DNA of 64,000 nt from a bacterium (GTDB lineage Bacteria > Omnitrophota > Gorgyraeia > Zapsychrales > Zapsychraceae). The stretch lies in assembly GCA_030429765.1 (NCBI GenBank), contig JAUIER010000001.1, positions 202,877 to 266,876 of the forward strand, read 5' to 3'. The notes beneath the pieces are model-generated. The model was not told the DNA's origin, made no database searches, and saw nothing but the letters and a program-made list of their open reading frames with translations. Numbering within the stretch: position 1 is the first letter of the stretch; every line of letters starts with the position of its first letter. The position numbers and the translations under genes are program-made. Shown here piece after piece: positions 1 through 10,386 of this stretch.

Positions 1-338
1 ATGCGGTGCAGCAGGTGATCCTGAATCTGATTGATAATGCCGTCAAGTATTCCAGCGAACACAAAACGATTGGGATTGAAGTTTCCGAAGACAAAGACAT
101 AGTCAGAGTGTTGGTTGAAGATGAAGGCATTGGAATCAGTCCCAAACTTTCCCGGGAGATATTTGAACCGTACTATCGGGTGGATGATAACCTTACAAGT
201 CGAACCCAGGGGACCGGATTAGGGTTAACCATAGCCGACAAAATCATCAAGGATCATCAGGGGCGCATCACGTTTCGACATAAGGAGCGTGGATCAATTT
301 TTATTGTCGAGCTGCCTATTTATAAGGAAACCGTATGA
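1..338 (+). CDS. Sensor histidine kinase, C-terminal HATPase domain (5'-truncated by window edge)
   Basis: N box NLIDNAVKY, G1 DEGIGI, F box IFEPYYR, G2 GTGLGL; stop overlaps start of the response regulator. Confidence 0.93.
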   Translation, partial: AVQQVILNLIDNAVKYSSEHKTIGIEVSEDKDIVRVLVEDEGIGISPKLSREIFEPYYRVDDNLTSRTQGTGLGLTIADKIIKDHQGRITFRHKERGSIFIVELPIYKETV

Positions 339-1030
339 AATCACAGATACTTATTGCCGAAGACAATGTTTCGATCCTGACGGGAATCGTCGACTATCTG
401 AACGCCGAGGGATTTGGTACCACCACGGCAACGAATGGACGGCAGGCCCTGGAGAAATATCATCAGGAATCGCCGGACTTGATCATTCTGGATATTATGA
501 TGCCGGAGTTAAGCGGTTATGATGTGTGTCAAGAGATCCGCCGGAGCGATCAGTTGACCAAGATCATTATGTTGACGGCCAAAGGTGATGAGACCGATAA
601 GGTGGTGGGTCTGGAAATGGGCGCCGATGATTATATTGTCAAACCGTTCAGTCTTAAGGAATTGTCCGCGCGGATTCGAGCTGTGCTGCGAAGAAATGGT
701 ACTGAGACCAAGCCGGACAGGCCCAGTTCGCTTGAATTTGGAGACGTGCGTATTGATACTCAGACACTCGTCGGCTATCGCGGAGATAATTCCTTTCCCG
801 TATCCATTCGTGAGATCGAGTTATTGCAATATTTCCTTAATAATGAAGGCCGGGCCCTGGACCGGAATCAAATCCTGGAGGATATCTGGGGCATTCATTA
901 TGGAGGGACCACGCGGACGCTGGATCAGCACATCGCCAAATTGCGGCAGAAGATCGAGCGATCACCCCAGGATCCGCAGCACATTATTACCGTCCATCGA
1001 GTGGGATACCGATTTGTCCGAAGTCCGTAA
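335..1030 (+). CDS. OmpR/PhoB-family DNA-binding response regulator
   Basis: REC domain (AED, LDIMMP, LTAK, GADDYIVKPF) plus winged helix (RTLDQHIAKLRQKIE, TVHRVGYRF). Confidence 0.95.
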   Translation: MKSQILIAEDNVSILTGIVDYLNAEGFGTTTATNGRQALEKYHQESPDLIILDIMMPELSGYDVCQEIRRSDQLTKIIMLTAKGDETDKVVGLEMGADDYIVKPFSLKELSARIRAVLRRNGTETKPDRPSSLEFGDVRIDTQTLVGYRGDNSFPVSIREIELLQYFLNNEGRALDRNQILEDIWGIHYGGTTRTLDQHIAKLRQKIERSPQDPQHIITVHRVGYRFVRSP

Positions 1031-1081
1031 TTTTACGGATATTCCATTGACCCGATGTTAGCCCTTTGCTAATTTTAGTTC

Positions 1082-2119
1082 ATGGACATTACCAGTCTTT
1101 TTAAGCAGGCCATCGAGAAGGAGGGCTCTGATATTCACCTGACGGTTGGCTTACCTCCCACCATGCGTCAGCATGGGGAACTGATGCCGATCAACGGCGC
1201 CACTGCGCTGACGGATTCTGATACGCGTAATCTGGCTTATTCCATTATCAATGAAGATCAAAAAAGTGAGTTCGAGAACGAGCGTGAGCTGGATTTTTCA
1301 CATTATGTCGAAGGGCTCGGTCGTTTTCGTGTCAATCTGTATTGGCAGCAGGACAAGATCGGCATGGCCGTGCGGGCCATTCCATCATTGATACCCGCCC
1401 CGGCGGATATCGGATTGTCCCAGGAGGTCGTCAATCTCACGGGTCTGAAAAATGGATTGGTGCTCGTCACCGGTCCGACGGGAAGCGGTAAATCCACCAC
1501 CCTTGCGTCGTTAATCAATCATATTAACTCGACCTCAAGCAAACATATCCTGACCATTGAGGATCCGATTGAGTTTGTGTATCAAAATGACAAGTCGATG
1601 ATTAATCAGCGTGAGGTCGGCGCGGATACCAAATCTTTTTCCAGCGCGTTAAAATCGGCCTTACGTGAAGATCCGGATGTGATTCTCGTCGGGGAGATGC
1701 GGGATCTGGACACGATTTCCGCGACGTTGACCATTGCCGAGACCGGTCATTTGGCCTTCGCGACTTTGCACACCAATGACGCCGCGCAAACCATTGATCG
1801 TGTGATCGACGTCTTTCCGCCGCATCATCAGCAGCAGATCCGGATGATGTTGTCCGTGGTTCTCAGAGGAATTATTTGTCAGCAATTGCTGCCGCGCAAA
1901 GACGGCAACGGACGGGTCGCCGCCAGGGAAATCCTCTTTGCGGATTCCGCCATTGCTAATATGATCCGTGAAGGACAGACCCCGCAAATTTACTCGCGGA
2001 TCCAGACCGGTGGAGAGCAGGGGATGCAGACGCTCGATTCCGAGATTCAGCGGCTCTATAAGGAAGATATCATTTCGGCCGAAATCGCCGAAAAATTTAT
2101 GGCCCGCCTGGCTGTTTAA
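1082..2119 (+). CDS. pilT: Type IV pilus retraction ATPase PilT
   Basis: SDIHL, GRFRVN, Walker A GPTGSGKST, TIEDPIE, ALREDPDVILVGEMRD, AETGHL..TLHT, AIANMIREG (AIRNLIRE-like), GMQT. Confidence 0.93.
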   Translation: MDITSLFKQAIEKEGSDIHLTVGLPPTMRQHGELMPINGATALTDSDTRNLAYSIINEDQKSEFENERELDFSHYVEGLGRFRVNLYWQQDKIGMAVRAIPSLIPAPADIGLSQEVVNLTGLKNGLVLVTGPTGSGKSTTLASLINHINSTSSKHILTIEDPIEFVYQNDKSMINQREVGADTKSFSSALKSALREDPDVILVGEMRDLDTISATLTIAETGHLAFATLHTNDAAQTIDRVIDVFPPHHQQQIRMMLSVVLRGIICQQLLPRKDGNGRVAAREILFADSAIANMIREGQTPQIYSRIQTGGEQGMQTLDSEIQRLYKEDIISAEIAEKFMARLAV

Positions 2120-2120
2120 T

Positions 2121-4115
2121 TCAAGCCGTTATTTTCTCCCGCAAACGATTTAAATCATCATCCAATCCATCCGTTTGTAAATTTCCAAATCGATAGCGCT
2201 CGTAAGTCGTCACAAACTCCGCGCAGGCCTGGTATGCCACTGACTCATCCGACAGTTTTTGTTTGAGCCGATCAAGGAGTTCGGTATTGGTTTCACTCTC
2301 ACCCGGACGAATGCCGTATTGCTGTTGAAGCAGTTTTTCAAACTCTTGATAAATACGATGAAATTGTTTGATGGATTTCAAGCGTGAGGCAAGGGCCCGT
2401 TCAGATCCCGGCGCGCGCAGGTAGCGGATGAATCGTGTAATCGTCGGATAATTGCGGATAAACACCAGGATAAACAACACGGCGATCAATCGGGTTAGCA
2501 GTTTTTCAGTTTCCAGGTTTTTGAATTCGGAGCGGAAGCGGACCATCGCCAGCCAGATGGCATCGGCGATCTGGTTGATCCTGCGTCCGGTGTTGATCGC
2601 GTTATTGCGGGCATCAGGCGGAGTGGGATCAAACCGGACCCACTCCGAGCGGCCGCTGGCGACGGGAAGATAGGCCTCCACCCAGGCATGAGCGTCGCGC
2701 ACCCGGACCCGGACTTTTTGATCGCGGCGGCCGGTGAGTTCGGTTCCCAGAAATCCGACCACCATCCGGGAAGGGATTCCGACACTGCGCAGCATCACGG
2801 CCATCGCTGACGAGAAAAACGAGCAATACGCGTCGGGCCGTTGGTCGATGAGGTACAACAGACCATTGTCGTCCGCCTTGAAGTTTACATCCAGGGAGTA
2901 TCCATAGTTATTTCTGAAATGCTGTTCCACGGTGACGGCAATCTCGGCCGCGTTGCGCTTGTCACCGATAATCGGGTGGAGATAGTGCCGCAGCAAATCA
3001 GCAAATCGCGGTTCGATTTGCGTGTACTTGGCCCGGTCAATCGGCATGGCGTTGAACTGTGATGCCCGTTCTTCCGATCCGGTGACAACGACTTTGTGGA
3101 TATTAGGATTCTCACTGTATACCAGACCATTGGGGTCATATTCGTAGGGGCCGTTGTTGCCTTGCACGCTGATAATCCCACGCGGGGTGGGGATCACCGT
3201 CTTGAGATTCTCAAACATGGTGATCGTAATCGGATTTTCACCGGACGCGGGATCTTCGTCAAACGGCGTCCGTTCAAGTTCCTGATCCGAAAACCACAAA
3301 CCGTTCTCATATTTTTCAAAGATTTGGGCGTTCAGATAGATCGGCCGGTCCGAGATCCGGTCAATTTCCAGTACGGGATGAATATCACGTCCGCTGTAAC
3401 CCGGTCCCTGGATTTGCAACACCGGATCAAATTTAAAGAAATGATGGTTCTTGTAGCCGAAGGCATAGTCACGCATAAACTTCATGTACAACATGTCGCC
3501 GATCTTGAAGGCAAAGACCAGTGTGGTTGACAAGGCAGCGACAATCATAAAAAAGACGATGATATAAGGCAGGCGTTTGATGAGTGATGCGGATTTAGGT
3601 GACCGTCCTCTGAAATTGATCACCGGTTTGAAAATAATCACCCCGATGTTAATCACAATAAAGACCAGAAACGCGATGAGCGACGGATAGGTAAAGTTGA
3701 CATTGACCGACAGGGACGCCGTTAACCAGGCCATCAGCCGCAGGAAGAAAAACCGGTATACATATTTGGTATTGAACCACAGAAACAGGGCGATGAAAAT
3801 CGAACCGGATTGCAGGATGAATATCGCATATGATTGAAAGAAATCCGACGGATAATTACGGGGAAGCAGCGTAATCCAAACCCAGCCAAGTAGTAAAGAC
3901 ACACTCAGGACGGTCGCCCATGAAAATGATTTGGTGGGAACGAATGTTCGCCGCTCGGGCTTGGCCAGGATTTGAATGGTGGATAACACAATGAGCAGGG
4001 AGGCCATTGCCGGCAGGATGAAATCTTCCTGACAAGTCCCGTAAACCACCCAACTGGACAGGAGGACCAGCAGGATCTCGATCATATCGTAACGCGGGAT
4101 GGTTGTCTTTTTCAT
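2121..4115 (-). CDS. Membrane-bound transglutaminase-like (TgpA-type) protein
   Basis: N-terminal TM helices; catalytic triad motifs YCSFFSSAMAVMLR, DAHAWVEAY, FDPTP; C-terminal DUF4129-like tail. Confidence 0.88.
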   Translation of the reverse strand: MKKTTIPRYDMIEILLVLLSSWVVYGTCQEDFILPAMASLLIVLSTIQILAKPERRTFVPTKSFSWATVLSVSLLLGWVWITLLPRNYPSDFFQSYAIFILQSGSIFIALFLWFNTKYVYRFFFLRLMAWLTASLSVNVNFTYPSLIAFLVFIVINIGVIIFKPVINFRGRSPKSASLIKRLPYIIVFFMIVAALSTTLVFAFKIGDMLYMKFMRDYAFGYKNHHFFKFDPVLQIQGPGYSGRDIHPVLEIDRISDRPIYLNAQIFEKYENGLWFSDQELERTPFDEDPASGENPITITMFENLKTVIPTPRGIISVQGNNGPYEYDPNGLVYSENPNIHKVVVTGSEERASQFNAMPIDRAKYTQIEPRFADLLRHYLHPIIGDKRNAAEIAVTVEQHFRNNYGYSLDVNFKADDNGLLYLIDQRPDAYCSFFSSAMAVMLRSVGIPSRMVVGFLGTELTGRRDQKVRVRVRDAHAWVEAYLPVASGRSEWVRFDPTPPDARNNAINTGRRINQIADAIWLAMVRFRSEFKNLETEKLLTRLIAVLFILVFIRNYPTITRFIRYLRAPGSERALASRLKSIKQFHRIYQEFEKLLQQQYGIRPGESETNTELLDRLKQKLSDESVAYQACAEFVTTYERYRFGNLQTDGLDDDLNRLREKITA

Positions 4116-5356
4116 TGCACAAGTTCCGATTTATCCTTGAGTGCTGAGACAGTGACGTCCTGGTCCGGTATGGAGGATAGATCTCCATTTTGAACGATGA
4201 CAATCCGTACATTGATACCGAGGTTTTTAAGGTACTGACACAGTTGTGAGCGCGGTTCATCCCAATCGCCGAGAATGACCACGGCGGACGATTGCGGCGC
4301 CAGCGTTCGTTTTAATCCCATTTGAATATGGTCGAAACTAAGCGACTTACGGCCGTCAGTGCCAGCCAGTATCTTGAGGATATCATCAAGATAAGTCACC
4401 GGATTGCCTTTCTCAAATTCATAGATCGATTCTCCCACGGCCAAAACATCGACGAGATAACCGCGGTTGGACAAACCATCGGCAATCCCCGCGGCCAGTG
4501 CGATGCGGCGCTCAAGATGACGGTTCTTGCGGCGCCGGAAGAATTGAGTGTCAACAAAAATGGCCGTACGGACAAAGTATTCGTCGATATACTCTTTAAC
4601 TATTAACTTGCCGGTGTGGGCGAAGCCTGCCCAGTGAATATCCTTGAGACGATCCCCGTACCGATATTCACGTGTTCCGAAAAATTCATTAGATTCACCT
4701 TTGGTGGTGGAGATCGCAATGCCGCCGGGCTGAAAAACCGACTGCAGTGGTAATTCAAATTGATATTGAGGTTCATACTTGGGGTACACCGTCAGCTTTT
4801 CTTTTTGACCGCGTAGGATGGGGCGTCGGACCAGATTCAGCGGATATGAACTTCCGATCAGGATACGGGGGAGATTGTAAACGCCGCGATAACGGCACCG
4901 GATCACCAGCGTAACGATCTGCGTTTCGCCCGGACGCAAGACGGCAATCGAGTTTTCATAGTCCGCGTGATCAAAGGCATAGTATAAACCAAACGGTAGA
5001 ATACCCTCGGTGACGTACACATCATACGCCGGTCGCCGTCCGATGTTTGTCACAGCGACTTGATAGATGCAATGGTCACCCGCGTGAACGTTATTGGGAA
5101 ACCGCCGATAGACTTCGACTTTCGGAACAAAGAAAAAACTGGCGATGAAGGCCGTCAACAGAATCGAAAGGATGATGCTGGTCATCACATAGGCTGATAC
5201 ATGCAGGCCGGGAGAGGCGATTCCCGTCGAGACGAACAGTGCGGTGACGAGCGTCATGCCGTGCGGCGTGAGCCAGGCATAACTGTTGGCCGAGAACCAT
5301 TTGATAAACGAATGGTCGCGGGCCGGCATAAAAAATGACCATCGTGGCTTGGGCAT
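4112..5356 (-). CDS. DUF58 domain protein
   Basis: RGVY..., EFFGTREYRYGDRLKDIHW, KLIVKEY; typical position after MoxR. Confidence 0.9.
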   Translation of the reverse strand: MPKPRWSFFMPARDHSFIKWFSANSYAWLTPHGMTLVTALFVSTGIASPGLHVSAYVMTSIILSILLTAFIASFFFVPKVEVYRRFPNNVHAGDHCIYQVAVTNIGRRPAYDVYVTEGILPFGLYYAFDHADYENSIAVLRPGETQIVTLVIRCRYRGVYNLPRILIGSSYPLNLVRRPILRGQKEKLTVYPKYEPQYQFELPLQSVFQPGGIAISTTKGESNEFFGTREYRYGDRLKDIHWAGFAHTGKLIVKEYIDEYFVRTAIFVDTQFFRRRKNRHLERRIALAAGIADGLSNRGYLVDVLAVGESIYEFEKGNPVTYLDDILKILAGTDGRKSLSFDHIQMGLKRTLAPQSSAVVILGDWDEPRSQLCQYLKNLGINVRIVIVQNGDLSSIPDQDVTVSALKDKSELVQ

Positions 5357-6303
5357 CAGCGGGGTACTTTAATGGATGAAACAATATCCTGAATGATTTT
5401 ACTCTGGGTAACGCCTCCGTACTGGGCCTTGGTCTCCAGTAAAATGCGGTGGGCCAGGACCGGTTCGGCCAGGACTTTGATATCCTCGGGGATCACATAA
5501 TCGCGTTCGTGCAGAATCGCGCGCGCGCGGACTATCCGGGCGTAAAGTAAAGCTCCCCGGGTGGAAACGCCTAGCCGTAAATTGGCATGATTCCGGGTAG
5601 CTTCGACGATGCTGAGGATATACTCGGCCACTGTTTCTTCGATCTTGATATCATCGATCAGTTGCTGCAACCGTCTGAGATCTTCCAGACTGAGCACGGC
5701 GGAAATTCCGTCGACCGGATCGGACGTCGTCCGGTTGATCAAAAGACTTTGTTCCTTGGCCTTGGGCGGATAACCCAGATCGATCTGCAGCATAAACCGG
5801 TCCAGTTGAGCTTCAGGTAAGGGATACGTTCCGTGATATTCGACCGGATTCTGCGTGGCCAGGACAATGAACGGTCCGGGCAGCGGGTGACTTTTTCCAT
5901 CGATCGTGACCTGTTGTTCGCTCATCGCTTCGAGTAGAGCTGATTGAGTGCGCGGCGACGCGCGGTTGATCTCATCGGCCAGGACAATGTTGGCAAATAG
6001 CGGGCCGGGTTTAAAGGTAAAGGTTGATTCCTTCTGATTAAAAATGTTAATGCCGGTGATATCCGTCGGTAATAGATCAGGAGTGAATTGAACCCGATTG
6101 AACGATCCGTCGACCGTACGGGCGAGCGATCGGGCCAGGGTGGTTTTGCCAATGCCCGGGATGTCTTCAATCAGGATGTGTCCAGAGGCCACAAGGGCCA
6201 GGATCACCAGCTCGATTTTATCTTCCTTACCCTGGACCACCAGCGCTAAATTGGTCCGGGCTGATTTCATGATTTGACTGGCGTCAGAAATAGGTATTGT
6301 CAT
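5356..6303 (-). CDS. moxR: MoxR-family AAA+ ATPase
   Basis: GHILIEDIPGIGKT, RVQFTPDLLPTDITG, LADEINRASPRTQSALLEAM, ATQNPVE.GTYPLPEAQLDRF. Confidence 0.95.
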   Translation of the reverse strand: MTIPISDASQIMKSARTNLALVVQGKEDKIELVILALVASGHILIEDIPGIGKTTLARSLARTVDGSFNRVQFTPDLLPTDITGINIFNQKESTFTFKPGPLFANIVLADEINRASPRTQSALLEAMSEQQVTIDGKSHPLPGPFIVLATQNPVEYHGTYPLPEAQLDRFMLQIDLGYPPKAKEQSLLINRTTSDPVDGISAVLSLEDLRRLQQLIDDIKIEETVAEYILSIVEATRNHANLRLGVSTRGALLYARIVRARAILHERDYVIPEDIKVLAEPVLAHRILLETKAQYGGVTQSKIIQDIVSSIKVPR

Positions 6304-6340
6304 AAGGTCCTGTTTCCTGTTCGGTGGTGATTAAATCGGA

Positions 6341-7984
6341 TTATTGCAAATTGTCGAGGTCTTTACGCATTAGGTCTGCCTCAGCGGCACGCCCCGTTAT
6401 CACGTAAAGCTCAACGAGCAGCTCACGCGGATTCCGGAGCAGTCGATCAAAGTGAATGGCTCCCTTGAGATGATGTTCCGCGTTTTTATAGTCTTCCATT
6501 TTAAAATACGTGGCGCCCAGGTAAAAATGCGTCTGGGCATCGGCATAATTAGATTTTAACATCCCGCTGAAATATTGCTGAGCCTCTTTGAGATTATTTA
6601 GTTTCAGCGCGATGATTCCAAGGTTGCCCCGGATTTGCGATTGCCGGAACGGTGTTCCTTCAATTGTTTGAAAATGTTTACGTGCCCGTTCATATTGACC
6701 ATGATTCAGGTAGTAATGGCCTAGCCAGAAATTGGGCCAGAAATTTGCGGGTGAAACCGAAAGCCAGTACTGTCCGTATGATTCTTCTGAATGCCAATGT
6801 TTATTGTATGTATGGGTAGACGTGGCAAAAAGCAGAATGAACAGACTGAAAAAAATCACACTAAAAGGTTGGCGGACCTTTAAGAAGGTCTCTGCAAGAA
6901 TGACGCAGAATCCGATCGAGCTGTAAAACAGCCAGTGCGATTGAATCACAAAACCCAGGAACGGCCGGGAAAAACAGGCCAGGGCGATTGGGATACATCC
7001 AATGGCCAGCCACGCGACACCAAAGCGGTAAGGGCTTGTGCAGCGTTTGGAAAAGACAATCACGAGGGCTGCCAAGGCCGCCAGAATGGTCCCGATGATC
7101 CAGGTCACAAGTCCCTGACGGATGATGGGGGTGTCCCAGGCCAGGACGATCCCATCGAGTGTGATCAGTTTCGTGATATACCAGACGATCAGCCGGGCAT
7201 AGCTGGCGATATATTCCGGAAATGTGACGGCGTATAGCTTTATGTAGCTGAGGACATTGGCTTCACTATGAAGCAAGTGAGAGCGTAACACCACAAATCC
7301 CACGACGAGTAAACCAAAAGGGACGGCGGCGGCGAAGGATTGCTTAAATGAAAATTGTTTGGAGCAATACAAGGCGGCAAATACGTACAGGGGGAATGCC
7401 ACCACGACTTCGTGACAGAAGATGGCCAGCGTGAACCATATCAGGCTGAGCAAAAAACGCATGACCGATTTGTTCTCTTTGAGAAAAATCACGTAGTGTA
7501 GGACGCTCAAACAAAGCGCCAGAATCATAAATGAAAAGGAGGTCGCGTTCTTGTAATTTACGGCCACACTATTAATCGGATGTGTGCAAAACAGCATCGC
7601 GGTAAAAAGTGACAGCAAACGCCGTTCGAACAACACCTGCATCAGTCGATACAACGCCAATCCCGCGCACGTGAAGATTAGCAGGTTGAGCAGGTGATAG
7701 GCAACGGCCTTTTTGTCAAACATCACAAAGGTGACAAAATTAAAAAACTCTGTAACCGGTCGAAGGTATACCTGGGATTTAAGGGACTTGAGGTCAAAGT
7801 CCAGAAAATTTTTGTGCAGAAAATCGGTGTTGTTGAGCAGGCGCGGATAATCGTCCATCAAGAACCCGCTATTCAACGCGTTGCTGAATGTCAGTAGACA
7901 GGTCAGGACAATAAGCAATGGAGCTATCCATCGCAGACGGGAGTCATTGAAAAAATGTGAGGTCGATTGTTTGGAAATTGTCAT
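6341..7984 (-). CDS. TMTC-like GT-C membrane glycosyltransferase with C-terminal TPRs
   Basis: F.MDD after TM1, YLRPV, YHLLNLL, LFCTHP..., about 11 TM segments, W.SE followed by TPR helices. Confidence 0.75.
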   Translation of the reverse strand: MTISKQSTSHFFNDSRLRWIAPLLIVLTCLLTFSNALNSGFLMDDYPRLLNNTDFLHKNFLDFDLKSLKSQVYLRPVTEFFNFVTFVMFDKKAVAYHLLNLLIFTCAGLALYRLMQVLFERRLLSLFTAMLFCTHPINSVAVNYKNATSFSFMILALCLSVLHYVIFLKENKSVMRFLLSLIWFTLAIFCHEVVVAFPLYVFAALYCSKQFSFKQSFAAAVPFGLLVVGFVVLRSHLLHSEANVLSYIKLYAVTFPEYIASYARLIVWYITKLITLDGIVLAWDTPIIRQGLVTWIIGTILAALAALVIVFSKRCTSPYRFGVAWLAIGCIPIALACFSRPFLGFVIQSHWLFYSSIGFCVILAETFLKVRQPFSVIFFSLFILLFATSTHTYNKHWHSEESYGQYWLSVSPANFWPNFWLGHYYLNHGQYERARKHFQTIEGTPFRQSQIRGNLGIIALKLNNLKEAQQYFSGMLKSNYADAQTHFYLGATYFKMEDYKNAEHHLKGAIHFDRLLRNPRELLVELYVITGRAAEADLMRKDLDNLQ

Positions 7985-7992
7985 ATGTCCGA

Positions 7993-9042
7993 TTAGCGCG
8001 AAAATTCTTCACTGGACGAGAACGCGTCGAGCTTGCCCGACATCAGCTGAGCCACGACCTGTGTGTATTCAATGCGCGCCAGCACGATTTTAATCACGGC
8101 GGTAATAGGGACTGCCAAAAACATTCCCACGATGCCCCAGATCATCCCAAAGAAAATCAAGGCCATCAGCACCGTGATTGGATGCAGTTCCAGGGACTCA
8201 CCCATGATTTTCGGCGCGAGAATATTGCCGATACCGAATTGAATCACGCCCGGTATCGCGAAGGCCATCACCTTGGCCACGGTTGACATCTCCGGATTGA
8301 GCAGGACCACAGGCAGGGGGAGAAGAGTGGCCACGATTGAGCCGATATTGGGAATAAAATTCAAGAGCATGGCTAATACGCCGAAGACCAGGGCAAACTT
8401 CACCTTCAGAAAAAACAGGGTTATACCGACGAGCGCGCCGGTCAGGGTTGAGATGAAAAACATCGCGACCACATAGCGCTTGATACGTGATTCAATATTA
8501 AAGAGTAGACTACCCTCGCGTTGTTTGGGCGGTTGTTTACCGATGAGCAGAAAGATCATGAAGATAATCACCAGTAGACTGCTGGACAGCACACTTAGAA
8601 ATCCGCTGACCGTTCCCTTGACCACATTTCCGACCGTTACGGCCGAGGTCTCCAGGATTTTTCGGGTGGCTTCTTCTTTTTCGATCCCGAAACGTTCCAG
8701 CGGAAGCTTGTTGAACGAGTCACGGATCAGAAGCCGGATGTTGGATTGGTAGTCAGTGGCTGAGCTTGAGATCTGAGTAACCGAGGCGGAAATCAAAATG
8801 CTGAACAAGGTCAGCAATACCAGTCCCAGGACAATGGTGAGGAAAATGGCCAGGCCGCGCGGACATTTGAGAACCCGCATGAGAAAATCGATGATCGGTG
8901 TCAGGGAATAGGTGAAGAAGAGGGCCAGGACAAAGGGGATCAGCACCGGTTTCAAAAAGTACAAGGCAAAGCAGATCACAAACGCACTGATAATGCACAG
9001 GCAAATGGTCTGAAACCGGAATTCTTTGTTGGGAATTTCCAT
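7993..9042 (-). CDS. AI-2E (PerM) family transporter
   Basis: LKPVLIPFVLALF, LNFIPNIGS, PKIMGESLELHP, WGIVGMFLAVP; ATG at 9042 preferred as start. Confidence 0.92.
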   Translation of the reverse strand: MEIPNKEFRFQTICLCIISAFVICFALYFLKPVLIPFVLALFFTYSLTPIIDFLMRVLKCPRGLAIFLTIVLGLVLLTLFSILISASVTQISSSATDYQSNIRLLIRDSFNKLPLERFGIEKEEATRKILETSAVTVGNVVKGTVSGFLSVLSSSLLVIIFMIFLLIGKQPPKQREGSLLFNIESRIKRYVVAMFFISTLTGALVGITLFFLKVKFALVFGVLAMLLNFIPNIGSIVATLLPLPVVLLNPEMSTVAKVMAFAIPGVIQFGIGNILAPKIMGESLELHPITVLMALIFFGMIWGIVGMFLAVPITAVIKIVLARIEYTQVVAQLMSGKLDAFSSSEEFSR

Positions 9043-9148
9043 CACGGTTTTATTATAGTGTGTTTGCGGGCAATGTCCACGAATAAATTCCAAATCAAAT
9101 ACCCCATAAGTCTTGATATTCCAGTAGGTTATAGGTGTATTTTAAAGG

Positions 9149-9177
9149 TTGACATAAGATAATCGACCTGATATCAT
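9149..9177 (+). promoter_or_regulatory. Sigma70-type promoter for the HAD-NUDIX-folE2 operon
   Basis: TTGACA-17 nt-TATCAT with extended -10 TG. Confidence 0.6.
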
Positions 9178-9223
9178 TTCCTTCTAAGCTGTTCGAATAA
9201 GAGTACTTACAGAGAAAATCAAA

Positions 9224-10384
9224 TTGTCAAAGCAGTCAACTTTCATCTCCGATACGCATGCGGCGCAGTTAGTCGCGATTTTTGCGAATGAAATCCGTGC
9301 CTTCCTGCAGTATCTGGCCAGTTCCATCAAGTATTCGACCTTATCCAGAGTTGACAATAACCAGACAATTTTGTCACAAGTTGAATCAGCCATTGTCGGC
9401 AATGTGAAGACATTCTTGGCCCATCCTGAGCGGTTTTCGGATCGTCAGCTGGTAGAACACGGGATGGACTTTAACAAAGCGTTGGAGCATCCGATCCGAA
9501 TTGAGGTGAGAACGCTTCCGGAGGTTTCCGGATGCGCCCAAATCGCGGTGCGCGGTATTTGCGGCGATTTCCGGCGCGAGGCGCTGGACCGCATTGCGCA
9601 AACTGATCTTTTGAAGTCGGGATCGTTTTATTTGCGAGTATCCGGCAGCGCGTCATTTGAGATCAATCAGGCTGGGGTGGACAAATCCCTGCCGATTCGA
9701 TACCTGCGGCACAAATGGCCGCAGATCCTCAGAACGATCAAGTATAAGCCCGGCGAACAGCTCGATTGCAGTCAAAGTCTCACTGTTATCACGGCGGACG
9801 GGGATGGAACCACATTTTCCGGGCCGAGCCTATCGCAGGCCCCGACGATCAGGACCAGTCAGGCGTATCCAGCCATATTGGAGTATCTGAAACGCGGAGG
9901 GATCTATGTGATTATCTCGGGCAATCATCTGCAGCGGACGGTGTCCCGGGTCAAAGGAATGGTGCCGGATGAACTGATTGGCCGGATTATGATTGCCGCT
10001 AACGGCGGGGCCAATATGGTTTATTTCGACCAAAAAGGCGATGTCTGGGAACTGAAGGACTATCGTGAGAACGCGCTCAAGACAGTTCAGGCGGCCGATA
10101 GCGGGCATGATCTGGATATGATCTACATCGGAGATGACGGTCGACAGAGCGGCAATGACCGGGAGGCCTTTGAGGCCGTCGGGTATGGACGTTCGATTTT
10201 GGTAGCGAAGACAGTAACCGATGATATAATACCTGACCTTAAGGAACGCTACGTAGGCGGACTGGAGGGAGGTACACGAAAAGTGCTCGAGGCCGTAAAT
10301 CAGCGAATCGACCAAAATCCGCGGCAACGCGTTTTTACCGATGAGAATTATCGCGATTTGATCCAGGGAGTCCAATCCGGTTAG
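9224..10384 (+). CDS. HAD-superfamily (IIB-like) phosphatase/mutase with rearranged motif order
   Basis: FEINQAGVDK (motif III), TADGDGT (I), ISGN (II), ANGG, YIGDD..SGND (IV); TTG start uncertain. Confidence 0.7.
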   Translation: MSKQSTFISDTHAAQLVAIFANEIRAFLQYLASSIKYSTLSRVDNNQTILSQVESAIVGNVKTFLAHPERFSDRQLVEHGMDFNKALEHPIRIEVRTLPEVSGCAQIAVRGICGDFRREALDRIAQTDLLKSGSFYLRVSGSASFEINQAGVDKSLPIRYLRHKWPQILRTIKYKPGEQLDCSQSLTVITADGDGTTFSGPSLSQAPTIRTSQAYPAILEYLKRGGIYVIISGNHLQRTVSRVKGMVPDELIGRIMIAANGGANMVYFDQKGDVWELKDYRENALKTVQAADSGHDLDMIYIGDDGRQSGNDREAFEAVGYGRSILVAKTVTDDIIPDLKERYVGGLEGGTRKVLEAVNQRIDQNPRQRVFTDENYRDLIQGVQSG

Positions 10385-10386
10385 AT

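Noticed and set aside
2121-6303. MoxR-DUF58-transglutaminase trio as a novel system
   Set aside because: This is a widespread, already described gene arrangement.
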